A DNA stretch of 63,566 nucleotides, counting the filler, from Choristocarpus tenellus KU-1152 (lineage: Eukaryota > Protista > Phaeophyceae): the NCBI GenBank assembly GCA_964200185.2. It is 11 parts of 11 records of this genome, joined end to end, with 100 filler letters (N's around TTAATTAATTAA, not from the genome) between each part and the next. Parts side by side here need not be neighbours in the genome. Positions count along the whole stretch, not along the records: positions 41,122 to 45,393 come from CAXNAD020015356.1; positions 45,494 to 53,518 come from CAXNAD020005258.1; positions 53,619 to 56,278 come from CAXNAD020025874.1; 8 more parts are not named here. One strand, written 5' to 3'. Each line of letters starts with the position of its first letter. Within the stretch, counting starts at the first letter, position 1. The position numbers were made by a program, and so were the translations under genes. Shown piece after piece: positions 41,496-54,019 of this stretch. The notes under the pieces are model-generated. The model was given only the letters and a program-made list of their open reading frames with translations, did not search any database and was not told where the DNA came from.

Positions 41496-43427
41496 CTAGC
41501 ACTACTATCTGCTGTGGCCATTCTACCAACAAATTTTCAGAAATGAACCTGAGATTCATGCTTCATATCCGGAACCTTGATTCTCCCAGGTCCTGTGATG
41601 TAAACCTTGAAAGATGTACTCCGGAGCATTAATCTCCACGTATTTATGGAGTTCACCCCGAGTCTTGTGTGACGGATGGGCCATGCCTGAACCTACAAAC
41701 CTTGTTGTGAATATCGTGCTATTACTTGCCAAGCAAGACACAAGGGTCAGTTCCATGAGTAAGAAGACTGTTGTACATGCGTTCCAGGGGTTCTCCTCAG
41801 GGAGGGTTCCTATCTCTAGAAGCCTGTAACAGTGCATCATGTCTTTGAAGCCGCCTATGACAAGCGCTGGTATTCAGCAAGGGTTTCACCAAGCCATGCG
41901 GCTACCATTCCCACTGTCAACCATACGACCACAGGTCAGCCTGGTGGACACAGCCCCACCAGGTTGAAACAAACGGTTGATGGCCATGGACTCGGTCTTG
42001 TTCGAACTTACTTGTACCCAGCTGGTTACCGGTGGCCCCGGTTGTATTGAAGTAGTGACGACCATGGACTCAAGCCATGTTAGAGTACGTTTTATCTGTG
42101 GTCGACCAGGTATGATCTTTATGCTTAAGCCAGACATGTCAAGGGTGCGATACCCAGTTCACTCTACCTATATTTTGTATCTTGAAGTACTATAAATACT
42201 AAATACTAAATGACAAATAGTTAAATACTAGATGTGATGGACACCATTGTAGACTGCTTTCCGTTTCAATGCATGGGTATTGTGTCGATGTGTTTTCTCT
42301 TTTCTCTTTTCGACTACACTGTGTTGGGTATTTGGGTGATATGCGATTCGTGTAAATGTGAAGTAATAGGTACAAACTTCAACTTTACAGGGGCGTGTGC
42401 CTCCCTGACATTGTCACTGCACATGCATGTGGACTGTGGATATGCTCTACATGTTTTTTTTTAAAGAAAGTTCGAGTGATGATTAGAAAGAGCACTATTA
42501 CTATTACAAGTGTACTCTCTTCGTGGACATGCAACTTCACCCTCGACCCCTTTTGCACGTCACAACATTTTTTTTCCCAAAAGTTATTTTCTTGTGATTA
42601 TTTAATCACGTTAGTCTGAGGGATACCGCGGCTGTGCTCGAACAGGTAGTCCAAAGAAGGTAGTACACGCGACTTGAGTGGGTGTCGGCCAGACAAATTG
42701 GATAGTTGGACTAGTACAGCACAATCTAGACATGGTTCAGATATGTTAGAGAATGCTGTACCCGGTCCAACCAGCAGACATGGACTGGTACGATACCCAG
42801 TGGACATGCTCTGGGCAGGTTTGATCGTGTTAGACCTGGTCCAGCCAGCGTGCATGGACCAGTACAGCACCTAGTACCTAGTGGACATGGACTGCAACGT
42901 GTCCAGGTATTTGTAGAACCGTTCGGGCTGGATGGGGGGACTGTTTTGAATCGCTGGCTTGGTGAGAGAAACCCTGGTACTTTTATGCTGTTCTATTAAT
43001 CACGAGTGGTGTCAAAAAGTGTTTGATAGTAGGGGAGTACATAAATGTGTTGTAATAACAATATTGAAATAGTAACATTGATGTCGTACTGAGTGGTACC
43101 CATGATTTGCTGCAAAAATTGTCTTTCTGGAAGGGCCGCTTTGACTACTAGTAATACAAATATTTCCCGATTTTCGCTGACCGATAAATTGGTCGTCGGT
43201 TAATCGGTAGGGTGTTACGACATTAACCACTAATGGTATTAAAAATCATTATAAACTACACGTATACCACCAACTGCATTTTGCGTTATCATACCACACC
43301 ACCGACTCAACTGCTACCCTGTTATTCCTATACTTGTGTGTTATGTGCATTGCCTCTGTTTCTCACCGGAGCCCCATCGTGACTCCCCCCCAATTAATAT
43401 GCCCACCCTGTTGGCGTGTACATGCAG

Positions 43428-43553
43428 ACGGAGCTGGATGGCTATGTGGCTGCAGAGTGTGTTCTCTGTGGGGATATTATGATTCAGAGTGTGGACAAGC
43501 CCTTGGTGCCCCCAGAGGAGCACGATGAGCTAGCGCTTCAGTGGGCATTGTAA
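43428..43553 (+). CDS. VPS18: Terminal exon of VPS18/Pep3 (HOPS/CORVET subunit)
   Basis: cag|TELDGYVAAECVLCGDIMIQSVDKPLV...LQWAL* matches the VPS18 C-terminus. Not listed in the ORF track. Confidence 0.85.
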   Translation, partial: TELDGYVAAECVLCGDIMIQSVDKPLVPPEEHDELALQWAL

Positions 43554-44452
43554 TAGATGATGATAAATAATTTATACCCACTGGCTTTTTTTCAATCTAT
43601 TGCGGACAGGTTTTGTGTACTCAATTGCGTAACATCCAAAGATGTTATCGTACATATTTTATGACGCCCAGCAGGATTTGCTTGGATGCTGAAGGCATTT
43701 TTTGTGGTAGGTACTACCCTGTGAGGGCCATGCACAAATAAGGACTCTATATGACTCTATCGATGTTTTTTTGTAGTATTCCGTATGACATTATGTGTCA
43801 TTTGGGAGAACGGGAGCCTGACCAGTTCACAGGCTGTGACAGAAATGAGGTAAGATGAGTGTCAGTCCTTGTACAAGCCTGTAGCAGATTTATGCGGGTT
43901 ATGTAGCACGCATGGAAGAGACCGCTACTGAAATCGAAATGACAACCATTGTTGGTGAAATAACAATTTGTGAAGAGGCAGAAATAGAACACATGATGAA
44001 GTACTTTCAGGAAAGAGTTGTTGAAGTACCTACTCTTGTGGATCTAATCCACGGCAACAGTATTCTTCGTACTCTGTAGACGTGGGAACATATCTACTTA
44101 GCCATTGTGCGTGCTGTATGGCTCAGTGGATATGGTCCTAAGTGTACAAAATTACGAGGTCCCCGGGTTCTGATCTATCTCCGTTTCCAGGACTACTTTT
44201 GAGGATCAAGTTTCCCCACCTGTTTGTACAAGGCTATTTCGGGGTACTCGACAGGTCCACCCGAACTGGTCTAGTTCTCCTTAGAGCAACAAAGGTGTTC
44301 CTACTTGAAGTCCTGGGTTTGAATCCCTCCTTGAGTAATTGCGTGTTCCTATGCTAGACTGGTTGTTGACGGAAAGGCGGGCGGCATGAGTCACGTCACT
44401 CCTACCAGGAGAGTCAGAGGCATCTGACTCCTTGGAGTGCCTACAAATAGGT

Positions 44453-45204
44453 CTACCAATGTACAGGCAGGTAGTGTGACTGGCCATCCCTGATGGGTCT
44501 TGAAATGGACAGAAGTAAGAACTGTTGAAGACCTTGAATTCTATCTAGACTCTAGACCTTACTTGTGGTGACATACATGCACAGTGAACAGCCCCTGAAA
44601 CTCCACCTCACATAATAGTAGTGAACAGTAGAAGATGAGTCATTCTTTGCTGAAGTGTACACTTGGAGATACATATTATTTTTATTTTAAGGTTACCACT
44701 CACAATCTTCGGTAAAGAAGACGACTGAGCACCATGCAACCAAAGCCTGGTGGTAGCAGGCCTGCATCAAGCTGAGGAAAAAGAATGGCACATTTGCTGT
44801 GGTATAAAAAAAAATGCATGTTAACACCAATCAGTTCAGTTTGAGGAAGCTGCTCAGTAAATATTGCATTTGGTGATGAGAGGATTTGGCAAGTGTGTCA
44901 GAATCAAAATATACAAGCATAAAAAATAAAAGACCAGCACCTGTAATATTGAAGATACCTTGCGGCAGGGGGCATTAACTTTTTGATATTCATCTCCATA
45001 GTGTTAATGAAACTTATAGCTCAAGTATTTGTCAATGGCTGGTAGCACCCATTACCATTAATCATGGCAAGTCCTGATGCACACAATGCTGGCAAAGCCT
45101 GTACATACCAGTTGACCAAGACAATATTCCAGATCACCAAAACGTCGTGACACATGATAACCTTTTGTGACTGCTCTATGTGGGCCTGCCTGCCAATTAC
45201 CTCC
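44453..45204 (-). CDS. 3' end of an unidentified gene (exons 45204-45109, 44796-44704, 44498-44453)
   Basis: Three GT-AG phase-2 exons give an open frame: EVIGRQAH...WNIVLVNCKCAILFPQLDAGLLPPGFGCMVLSRLLYRRLPIRDGQSHYLPVHW*. Confidence 0.7.
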
Positions 45205-45920
45205 CTGCTCCCCAGTTTCAGTATACAAAATACAATTGCAAGTATTACTCGGCAGTCTCTATTTGTACCAACATCCCCCTGCTCCAAAAGAACTTTTGTG
45301 GGATCAGGGAGGGGGGGGGGGGGGGGGGGGGGGGGGGAAAAAAAAAAAATAAGGTAAAAAAAAAAAAAAAGGGGGGCTTGCCCCCCAACAACANNNNNNN
45401 NNNNNNNNNNNNNNNNNNNNNNNNNNNNNNNNNNNNNTTAATTAATTAANNNNNNNNNNNNNNNNNNNNNNNNNNNNNNNNNNNNNNNNNNNNTATCACC
45501 TTTATGTTCTTTGATGATTTTGGGCATACTTTAACAACACACCCCCAACAGTCTTGCCGCGCTTTGGATATTCATGGCCTTTACCGTAAGACATGAAACT
45601 CATTAATCACTGTCTGCCATATATTAAGCATAAATCTGTGTTCGATATTTATTAGTAAATAGCGGCCTTCGAGGAAAGCGCTACGCCGTCCTCATGTCCA
45701 CAGCATTGCTACGCCCTTTTCATATCACGTTTCCATAGCCCACACATGGACATGAACCTTGCACTCCGTACAGATCCCGTCATCGTTAATCACTTAGTCC
45801 ATCACTGTTCGTACAAATACACCCTTCCTGTGCTGGTTAAACAATAGTATCCACCTCACATCTATATCCTTCTCCTTAGCTGATACCATTGTCCTAACAT
45901 TTTCCCCTCTACCTTCACAG

Positions 45921-46770
45921 ACAGCTGGCCACAGGCCCAAAACATAATGAACGCCAAACGACCACGGACCTGGTCACCTCCAACCTCAGCGTGACGTGTA
46001 CGATGGACCTCGTCACATCTGACTTCTTGACACAGAGGTATAACGCGAGAACCTTCTTAACAATGGTAGAGTGGAGTCCATGTTGTCGAAGCTGGGGCCA
46101 GACCCACAGGTCGCTGCCGATAGGCTTGCGGGGATGCTGAGTGGGCAACCGTTTTCACTGTGCTCGAGGTGGAAAACCATTAGCGAATTCGAAGCCGACA
46201 TGCGCAGGGATATGCGATAAGTATGTCTTCATCTACATCGAGGTACGACCATGACGACGAAAGGACATCTCATGGTGATGAGGATTGCGTTACACAGGAC
46301 GCAGCTGACTCCGGCAATGCATCCGATGTGGGATCACCGAAGCCTTCATGGAGGCATGCCTTACCGAGCTCCTACGATCGGCAACGAAACCTGCTTCTAC
46401 TGCACAATATCGAGTGCAGACTCAAAACTCAACCAGGTCATATACGACCACGGATTCAGAATCAGTAAGGCCGGTAAAGGGCTGGATTCTCTTGTTTTCG
46501 GGGACGAATGCTATGTCCACGAGCCCACAAGGGTTAAACTCGGCCATCGTGGAGGGAAGCCAGGCAACACGTTGCGTCCTGAGCATGTGGAAGCACTCCA
46601 GGCAAGGGAGGCTATCCTCTTGAGCCTCGTGAGGCCTGAACCTTGGAACGCCAGATACTCCACACGCCTAAATCTATGGCACCTTCTTACCAATGGCATA
46701 CCCTAAGCTCATGGAGTGGTGGGAGAAGGGTGACGAATGCAATTTCGAGTCCGCCCACCAATTGAAATAG
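45921..46770 (+). pseudogene. Cargo gene copy 2: start of the ParB-like region joined to the C-terminal domain by a ~4-kb deletion
   Basis: Same acceptor taccttcacag; FLTQRYNAR...RVESMLSKLGPDP...LSGQPFSLCSRWKTI, junction at ~46210-46240, then QVIYDHGFR...CYVHEPT...EPWNARYSTRLNLW...FESAHQLK*. Confidence 0.75.
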
Positions 46771-47557
46771 GGATTCAGACGTTACCGTTTTTCGTTGAAA
46801 TACGGGTAGAGTTACAGGTACACTGATGCTCAAATCAGTGTACCTGTAACTTGGTGTCCGACTACCATGTTCATGTACTTTCCATTTGATGAGTTACGCA
46901 TTTAGATAGTGGTATCGGATACATTCCTACCAGTCAGAAGAGTCGTTGGCAGCGTATTATATATCGTGCTCACATTGAGGATTAGACCTGTGTTATTATT
47001 ACTTAAAAAAATAATACATCAATGAAGCAAACTCTTCTCCATCTTCTCAGATAACCTTTCCAAACAATTTGCCAGGCCGAGCGATGGATACCCTTTCGTT
47101 CTCAAAGCCGCTACTTATTCCTTCAACATTATAACGCACCTCCCCCCTTCTTCTCAATACTCTATGCACCATCTCATGCTTTGTCCAAGTGTCAACAAAC
47201 TAGAACCGATCTCATCCTCCTTCGAATCTTGGAGGATCATATACCGAAGTCCACGCACGATGCTCCTAAGCACGGCACCAACCCAGGACCTCTGGAAGTG
47301 CACCTTTAACTACTTTCAGGGAAACGTACGACAATAGACCTTGACCAACAACCACTCGTATACACCTCCAGATTCCGTCCACACCTTACATGAGAGATAT
47401 AATGCATTAACCCGAAAACGTAACCTTTTCCCCTTCCTTCATACCAACATTTTCAACCCTCTAACACCCTCAGCGATAACCACATCTTATTAATACTAAA
47501 TCCAACACATGCACGCAAATAAACGAAATATTACATTTAAACTGCATACATGTTGTA

Positions 47558-47882
47558 GAGTGAAAGTATCTTAGAGGGTACGAGTTTTGCCCTGTTTGTC
47601 CCTTTGGTGCTTGGCTCCTCGTGGATTTTCTTATGACATTTTCCTACTCGAAAATGTTTTGGAGTAAGTAAATAAAATGTATACATTATGGAAAGGTGTG
47701 TCTGGAACAAGGATATCGACACTTCCTAACGAACACGATAGGTAAAATTACATCAAAATCACAACATTGGATAATTGACACTCCCTAACAAACACGATAG
47801 TAGGTAAAATTACATCAAAGTCAGAACATTGGATTTTGACCCCCAAATGGACAGCACACTACCCTCTAAGATACTTTGGCTC
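47558..47882. mobile_element. Type-B MITE nested in copy 2
   Basis: TIRs GAGTGAAAGTATCTTAGAGGGTA / TACCCTCTAAGATACTTTGGCTC with flanks TGTA/TATA. The equivalent site in copy 1 (~11920) is empty. Confidence 0.88.
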
Positions 47883-48436
47883 TATATGTTTTGGTTCCTC
47901 GTGCACACACCAGGAGAACATGCCCAAACTGACAGTCCTCTTTCTGTACACACCGGACACGACTCATGCTAGCAAATAATCGAAAAAAACAACCTCCCAA
48001 CAACCCATATTCTTTTTTTCAATCCTCATCCAACAGTGGGAAAACACACCCTAACTGACAGCCGTCTTTATATGTCAAACAGATCCCACTCATGCAACCA
48101 AACAAAGCAATATCCAGCCCTGGAACAACGTAACCCATATCTCTTTTTCTTTATCGTAACTGCACGACCACATACATAAAGCAATAGTCCAGTTTGAACA
48201 GACTCGAAATCCGACACATGCAAACGTCGAAACTCCTAACCAAACCCCCCAAAATGGTTGCATATAGTCCCATTCCTCTTGCGTACGCAAGGACATAAAT
48301 GAACCTGACCTACAGTCTTCGCTTTTTTGCCCACATTTCAAATCCGACACGTGCGACCAAATCACACCAAAAAGTGAAAATCGAAAAGAGTGTGAAAAAC
48401 GGACTCCCGCATCCCCCCCCCAAGATACTTTGACCC

Positions 48437-50500
48437 AGATCGAATATGGGATTACTATAAAATTTCTTCAAGATTGTGCCGATGCTTTGTTTAGAAATTA
48501 TTTCAACAAGCAGTGCATCAGGAGCGGCATTTTTAAAACAAGAAAACCGGGATTAACATCCAACGTACTAAAACAGGTAATTCATAAATACGGATTCGTG
48601 ACAGCGAAGACAAGGGTTAAGGCAAAACCCATCGTTGTCGACGATTATTGCTGTCCATAGCACTTTCTTGAAGGGTTGCCATTATCGGGGCGAGATCACA
48701 AGGCCAACGTTGCAAATAGAGGGTATCAATATTCTCATCAAGAGAAAGGCTATGTTCCTTTGCAGTGTGGAAGCAGAGGAGTGGAGCGACCGATGTTCTT
48801 CACCTCATAACTTGTGGGTCCAAAGTTTCAAGGAGATGATGGGGAAAAAAATCTAAGTAAGAACTAGAGTTGAGTATCAACCGTTGTGGATTTTAGAATT
48901 ACTTTGTATTGAGTAATGGAACAACCTCTCTTGGTTAATCAATTAGTTGTGTTTCGTATGTGTATAGAACGATGTTGTTGGATGTTGAGACAGCGATGTG
49001 TTGTGGTTGATATTGTAATCTTTAACACCCAACACCTATTCCATGTTCACATGTTCAACGACTGGCAATGTAATCTGTAACTTTTATTATTTTGAGGTAC
49101 AGAGTAAAGCAGGTTTCCTTTTTGACACTGTCTTACGTGTGTCTCGTAATAGATCGGCCTCTGTTGCTCAGGAGAAGTGCTTCCTCGGATGTTCAAGGCC
49201 CCTTGACTTGTTCTCGCCTATTTAGTTGAAGGTTGGACAATTTCCAACGAAAGCCTTCGGTGTGTATCGAGTCTGTGAGATAGGAAATTTTTTGACATAT
49301 CGCTGACATGTGCAGATCTCTATTATGTGGTGTCCATGATGGTGAAAATATCTCCATCTCGTGCAAAAGGTTCCGTGTTTGAAAGTGGTGGATTGTGAGA
49401 AATGTTTCAAAGGTGAACTTAGTACACCTCAATTTTTAAAATGCTAACAGTTTTTCGAAGCATTATCTAATGCTACCCTCTTTAACATATCCCATGCAGC
49501 ATCTGCATTTTTCCATGCATTACATTAAATTAGTTCAGAGCAAAGGACTGCATCTCAGCTTCATTTCAATCTCCTACTTCCGCGCACATTTATCCTGTAT
49601 TGAGTCTGTGACATAGAAAACATTTTGACATGTCCCCGACGTGCAGATCTCCATGTACATGGTCTCCACAAGCGTGAAAGTATCTCCAATCTCGTGGAAA
49701 ACGGTGTTTGAAAGTGGTGCATTGTAAATGTTTCAAAGTTGATCATACATACACCTCAATTATTTAGAGGCTAACAGTTTTTTAAAGCACTATCTAATGC
49801 TACATTCATTAACATATCCAATTAAACATCCGTATTTTTCAACGCACTACACTCAACAGGATCAGAGCTAAGGACTACAATCCACTTTCGTTTAATTTCC
49901 CACTTCCGCGCACATTCTTTCTGTATTTGTGTCTCACCTGGTGCCATCCATCATGTGACTTGATCCTATCAACACAAACTGACCAAAGTGGCGATGAAAT
50001 TCATATCGAAATGAAATTTTGTCATACTCCATTAATATTTGCACGTTACTCGCATTTGTTACTCACATATCTGTTTTTTTTTATGCACTTGGTACAATGG
50101 AACCAGGACAAAAGACTCTGCTCACTCTTTGCTTGGTTGTCCTCGCACTGACCTGTGTATTCTTGCTGCATTTGTGTTCTCGACGTTATCCTGCATGTAA
50201 AAAATTGTCCAACCATCAAAACTCGGTCAAATTACTACCAAGTCGAGATAAAAACGCAAATTGATCAGACAGGCATATATCATGATTACATGTACACAAC
50301 CACAAACATGGACACACCTGCAATTCACAACGGTTGATAGGATAACAAAATCAAAAAGAAGCAACTCTGAAAGGTGCATCTGAAGCAAAGGTATCCATAC
50401 TTGCAAACTAACACGCTTACCAAGATTACATTAAAAAAATCGTTACATCGGATTCTGGACCCTATTTAGACGGGGCTGTACCCTCTTAGACACTTTGACT
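48437..50500 (+). mobile_element. 3' part of a divergent element (copy 3, type-B terminus) with a divergent cargo C-terminal domain at 48440-48856
   Basis: GITIKFLQDCADALFR...LKQVIHKYGF...VH...RKAMFLCSVEAEEWSDRCSSPHNLW aligns by eye with copies 1 and 2. Contains a ~340-bp tandem duplication at ~49220-49920 and ends TACCCTCTTAGACACTTTGACTC. Confidence 0.65.
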
Positions 50501-52311
50501 CTAAACTACCTCAATTCGCTTCGTCCTACGTGCTTTAAGGGTTGCATTCATAACCTTTTTGATGTGGCTCGCGAGTGCCCGCATACGTGACGCACACCTT
50601 TTCAGGATATTATACCCGGGGCAGGTTCGGTTCTCGATGTATCCAACACCCCCTTGTAGACGTGTTGAACTTTCGGTATCACCCAACACGGTCGTACCCC
50701 GTCCAACACCTGATGACCAAACATTGTGCACGCCCCTTCGCCTGAACAAAGTGGCAGCATTACCTATGTGTTCGCATTATCAAGATCTAACAATAATATC
50801 AAAGGGTAAGAAACCCATAAACACATATCGTAACCTCATATGAATCCCACTCAGGAAATATACAGGGGCATCGTAGCGCGGATGGGAATTTCTGTAGTAC
50901 ACAACTTCTTTGCCTCCTGTCGCGGTAAGTCCTTGTCTGATGGAGTCGGGTCTGTGGTGAAGTCTGCTGCCAGGAGACAGGAACCGCACACACGGGATGC
51001 GCATGCCAGGAACCTCATCCCTAGTGGATACAATCAAGGCAACCAAAACTCAGTACACCTTGAAGGATCCGACACCAGAGGAAGAGTGGCGCTACCACAA
51101 AGATCATAAGGTTCCTCCCGGACAGACAATCGTTACAAAGGTAGGCACACTCCACATGACGACCCCCCCCACTCACAAAGTTAGGCCTCTGTTTGCCACT
51201 GGCGACAACCCCAACACGTACGCCCCTTGCCCACCTATGCACCAAACACGCAATATATGCCGTTCAAACTTCTGTCACACCCGTGGTTCCCTTCACGTCG
51301 ACACCACAAATCACATGATAATCGCACATACGTACTTCTTAATCGACCGCACACTGTCCGTGCACACTTGCAACCATCGCCCTCTATTTAGAATAAGTCT
51401 GCCAATCGGTAAACTCGTGCAAAACTCCAAGTTATTGTTTTCTTTCCAATATCAACGTCAGTCATGTATCCATCGCTTGTTGCAGGAATAGATAGCACAT
51501 GGACTACATGCATGATTCTCCCCACTCACAATAATTGATCCCTGTTTGCAACTCGCGACAGTCTGCACCCTCCCGCCCCTTGCTAACCGACACACTAAAA
51601 AGGCAATAGATATCGTTGACCCATTATGTCACATCCGTGCCTTCCCTTCATGTCGACACCACAAATCACATGATAATCGCCATACGCACCTCTTAATCGA
51701 TCGCACACAGTCCATGCACGCTTGCAACCATCGCCCTCTATTTTTCAGAAGTCTATTATCGGTAAACTAACCCCAAAATCCAAGTTTTGGTTTTCATCAC
51801 ATATTGACATCTGTCATTTACAGGAATAGGTATCACATATCACTCCAAAGAAAATGCCATTACATCGAATCGGTCACAGCACACTACCTCAGTGCCGACA
51901 CTGACTCCAATACATACCACCCCTTCCCTTATACGCACAATCATCACAACCCTTAGGATTGGATGGACAGGGACAGCAAACAGCACAGTATCACGTATAC
52001 GAAACTTCTGTACATCGACACGTTCCGCATACAGGAGATAGTCCACCTTCCGTCTTACAAGATCGACCACGCGGGACGACACAATCCACGTGTTCCAAAC
52101 CTCGGTGGAATCCAGTCCATGCACAGGTTCTTCACTGGTCGGCTCACCACCGGAGACTCCTGTACATTGATATACACCGAACTGTCATGCTACTGCAAGA
52201 ACTGTTCCATCGGCAACCTGGCCCAATGCAGGTGGCAACTAACCCACATGCCCTCGCTTAAGGGGATAGACCTCGGCTTTTCCACGGAAGCAGGAACGGG
52301 TGATATGTATT
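50501..52311 (+). pseudogene. Sola2-like DDE transposase relic, intron-containing
   Basis: VHNFFASCRGKSLSDGVGSVVKSAARR (cf. NFFxxxHGKxxxDGxGxxxK) and GIQSMHRF...ELSCYCKNC....AQC (C-terminal SCxCxxC motif). Intron at ~50805-50854 and a ~350-bp tandem duplication at ~51140-51840. Confidence 0.8.
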
Positions 52312-52478
52312 GGCTCAAAGTATCTGGGAGGGGGTGGCGGCTGTCCATTTGGGGTCCATTTTTGTATGTCGCGATTTTTGGCATACGTCGGATAGATACT
52401 GCAAATGCACTTTTCCTGATTTTGGTCCAAATGGACACCCTGGTGTAGACCCTCCCCCCCTCCCAGATACTTTGGGTC
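52312..52478. mobile_element. Type-A MITE
   Basis: GGCTCAAAGTATCTGGGAGGGG...CCCAGATACTTTGGGTC. Confidence 0.9.
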
Positions 52479-52689
52479 TGTACCCACAACAGTAGCCTGA
52501 AAAACAAAAGAAAATACCACATGGGGCACTTCAAGCTCATACGTAAGTATGCCTGCCACATGCCTGACCTCTATCTGTCAAAAAAAAACACCTCTATCTC
52601 TCACACCAAATACTCCTATGAACTACAGGTCAACCGCAGATCCCTTTCAAGTTCAACCCTATTATTTGTTTAAAAGAGCATGTCTGCCA

Positions 52690-53517
52690 CACATTTTAGA
52701 CGACTAAAATAAAATACATCAATCAAACAACTCTTCTCCATCTGCTCAGCTAACCTTTCAAAACAATTTGCCCGGAGATGCGATGAATACCCTGCCCTTT
52801 CTGTGAGTCGCTATTTATTCTTTGTACACTATAACACACCTCCACCCTTCTTCTCAATACTCTATGCACCACCTCGTGCTTTGTCCAAGTGTCGACATTA
52901 CAGATTCGATCTCGTCCTCCTTCGAATCTTGGAGGATTATATACCCAAGTTCACGCACGATGCTCCTAAGCACCGCACCAACCCGGGACCTCTGAAAGTG
53001 TACCTTAAACTACTTTCAGAGAAACGTACGCCAATAGACCTTGATCAATAACCACTCGTATACACATCCATATTCCGTACATACCTTTTCCCGTACTTCC
53101 TACCAACCGGGTAATATTACATACTAAATCCAGGACATGCACACAAACAAACAAAGTTTAATATTTAAGCTGTACACGATATAGAGTGGAAGTATCTTAG
53201 AGGGTATGAGTTTGGCCCCGTCTGTCCCTGTAGTGCTTGGCTTCGCACGTTTTTTTCATGACATTTTCCTACCCCAAAATGTTTAGGAGTAGGTAAAATG
53301 TACACATTATGAAAATGTGTGTCTGGAACAAGGATATTGACACTTCCTAAGACCCAAATTATCTGGGAGGGGGCGGCGGCAGTCCATTTGGGGTCAATTT
53401 TTTCATGTAGCGATTTTTTGGTGGTCGGGTTGCATATATCTGATAAGACCCAAAGTATCTGGGGGGGGGGGGGGTCTACACCGGGGGGTGTAGTTAGACC
53501 AAAAGCAAAAAAAGCGC
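52690..53517 (+). mobile_element. Subterminal region shared with copies 1 and 2, plus a type-B MITE (from 53184) and type-A fragments
   Basis: 52710-53180 matches ~47005-47557; the type-B MITE starts at the same position as in copy 2. Confidence 0.8.
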
Positions 53518-53837
53518 ANNNNNNNNNNNNNNNNNNNNNNNNNNNNNNNNNNNNNNNNNNNNTTAATTAATTAANNNNNNNNNNNNNNNNNNNNNNNNNN
53601 NNNNNNNNNNNNNNNNNNAAATGTGAAAGACACTAATCTATTTGTTACTTCACCACTATCTATGTTGTACTACTGCCTTCCTGTGTCTCTAATCTACCTA
53701 TACCTGTACCCGGGGGGGAGGAGCTAGGGAGGCATCCCAAGAATCCAATAAACCCCTCCGTGCCTATCTCCCGGGTGACTCCAGCTTAACCCCCATGACA
53801 CATCTAGACAAGTGCCACTTGCGTAGTTACAGAAACA

Positions 53838-54019
53838 GATCCAAAGTATGTGGGGAGGGGGGGAGGTATACACCAGGGTGTCCATTTCGGTCAAAATCAG
53901 GAAAAGTGCATTTACATCATCCATCCAACGTATGCAACCAAATCACCCAAAAATAGCGACATGAAAAAATCGACCCCAAATGGACAGCCGCCACCCCCCC
54001 CCCCCAGATACTTTGAGCC
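53838..54019. mobile_element. Type-A MITE
   Basis: GATCCAAAGTATGTGGGG...CCCAGATACTTTGAGCC. Confidence 0.88.

Larger units (their letters stand above)
45494..48436 (+). mobile_element. Large Sola2-like element, copy 2 (internally deleted)
   Basis: Homologous to copy 1; ends CCCCCAAGATACTTTGACCC at 48436. Confidence 0.8.

Noticed and set aside
41556-41840. Minus-strand 'RFVGSG...YVEIN' resembling methyltransferase motif I
   Set aside because: No DP before the F, no accompanying catalytic motif and no splice support; likely chance.
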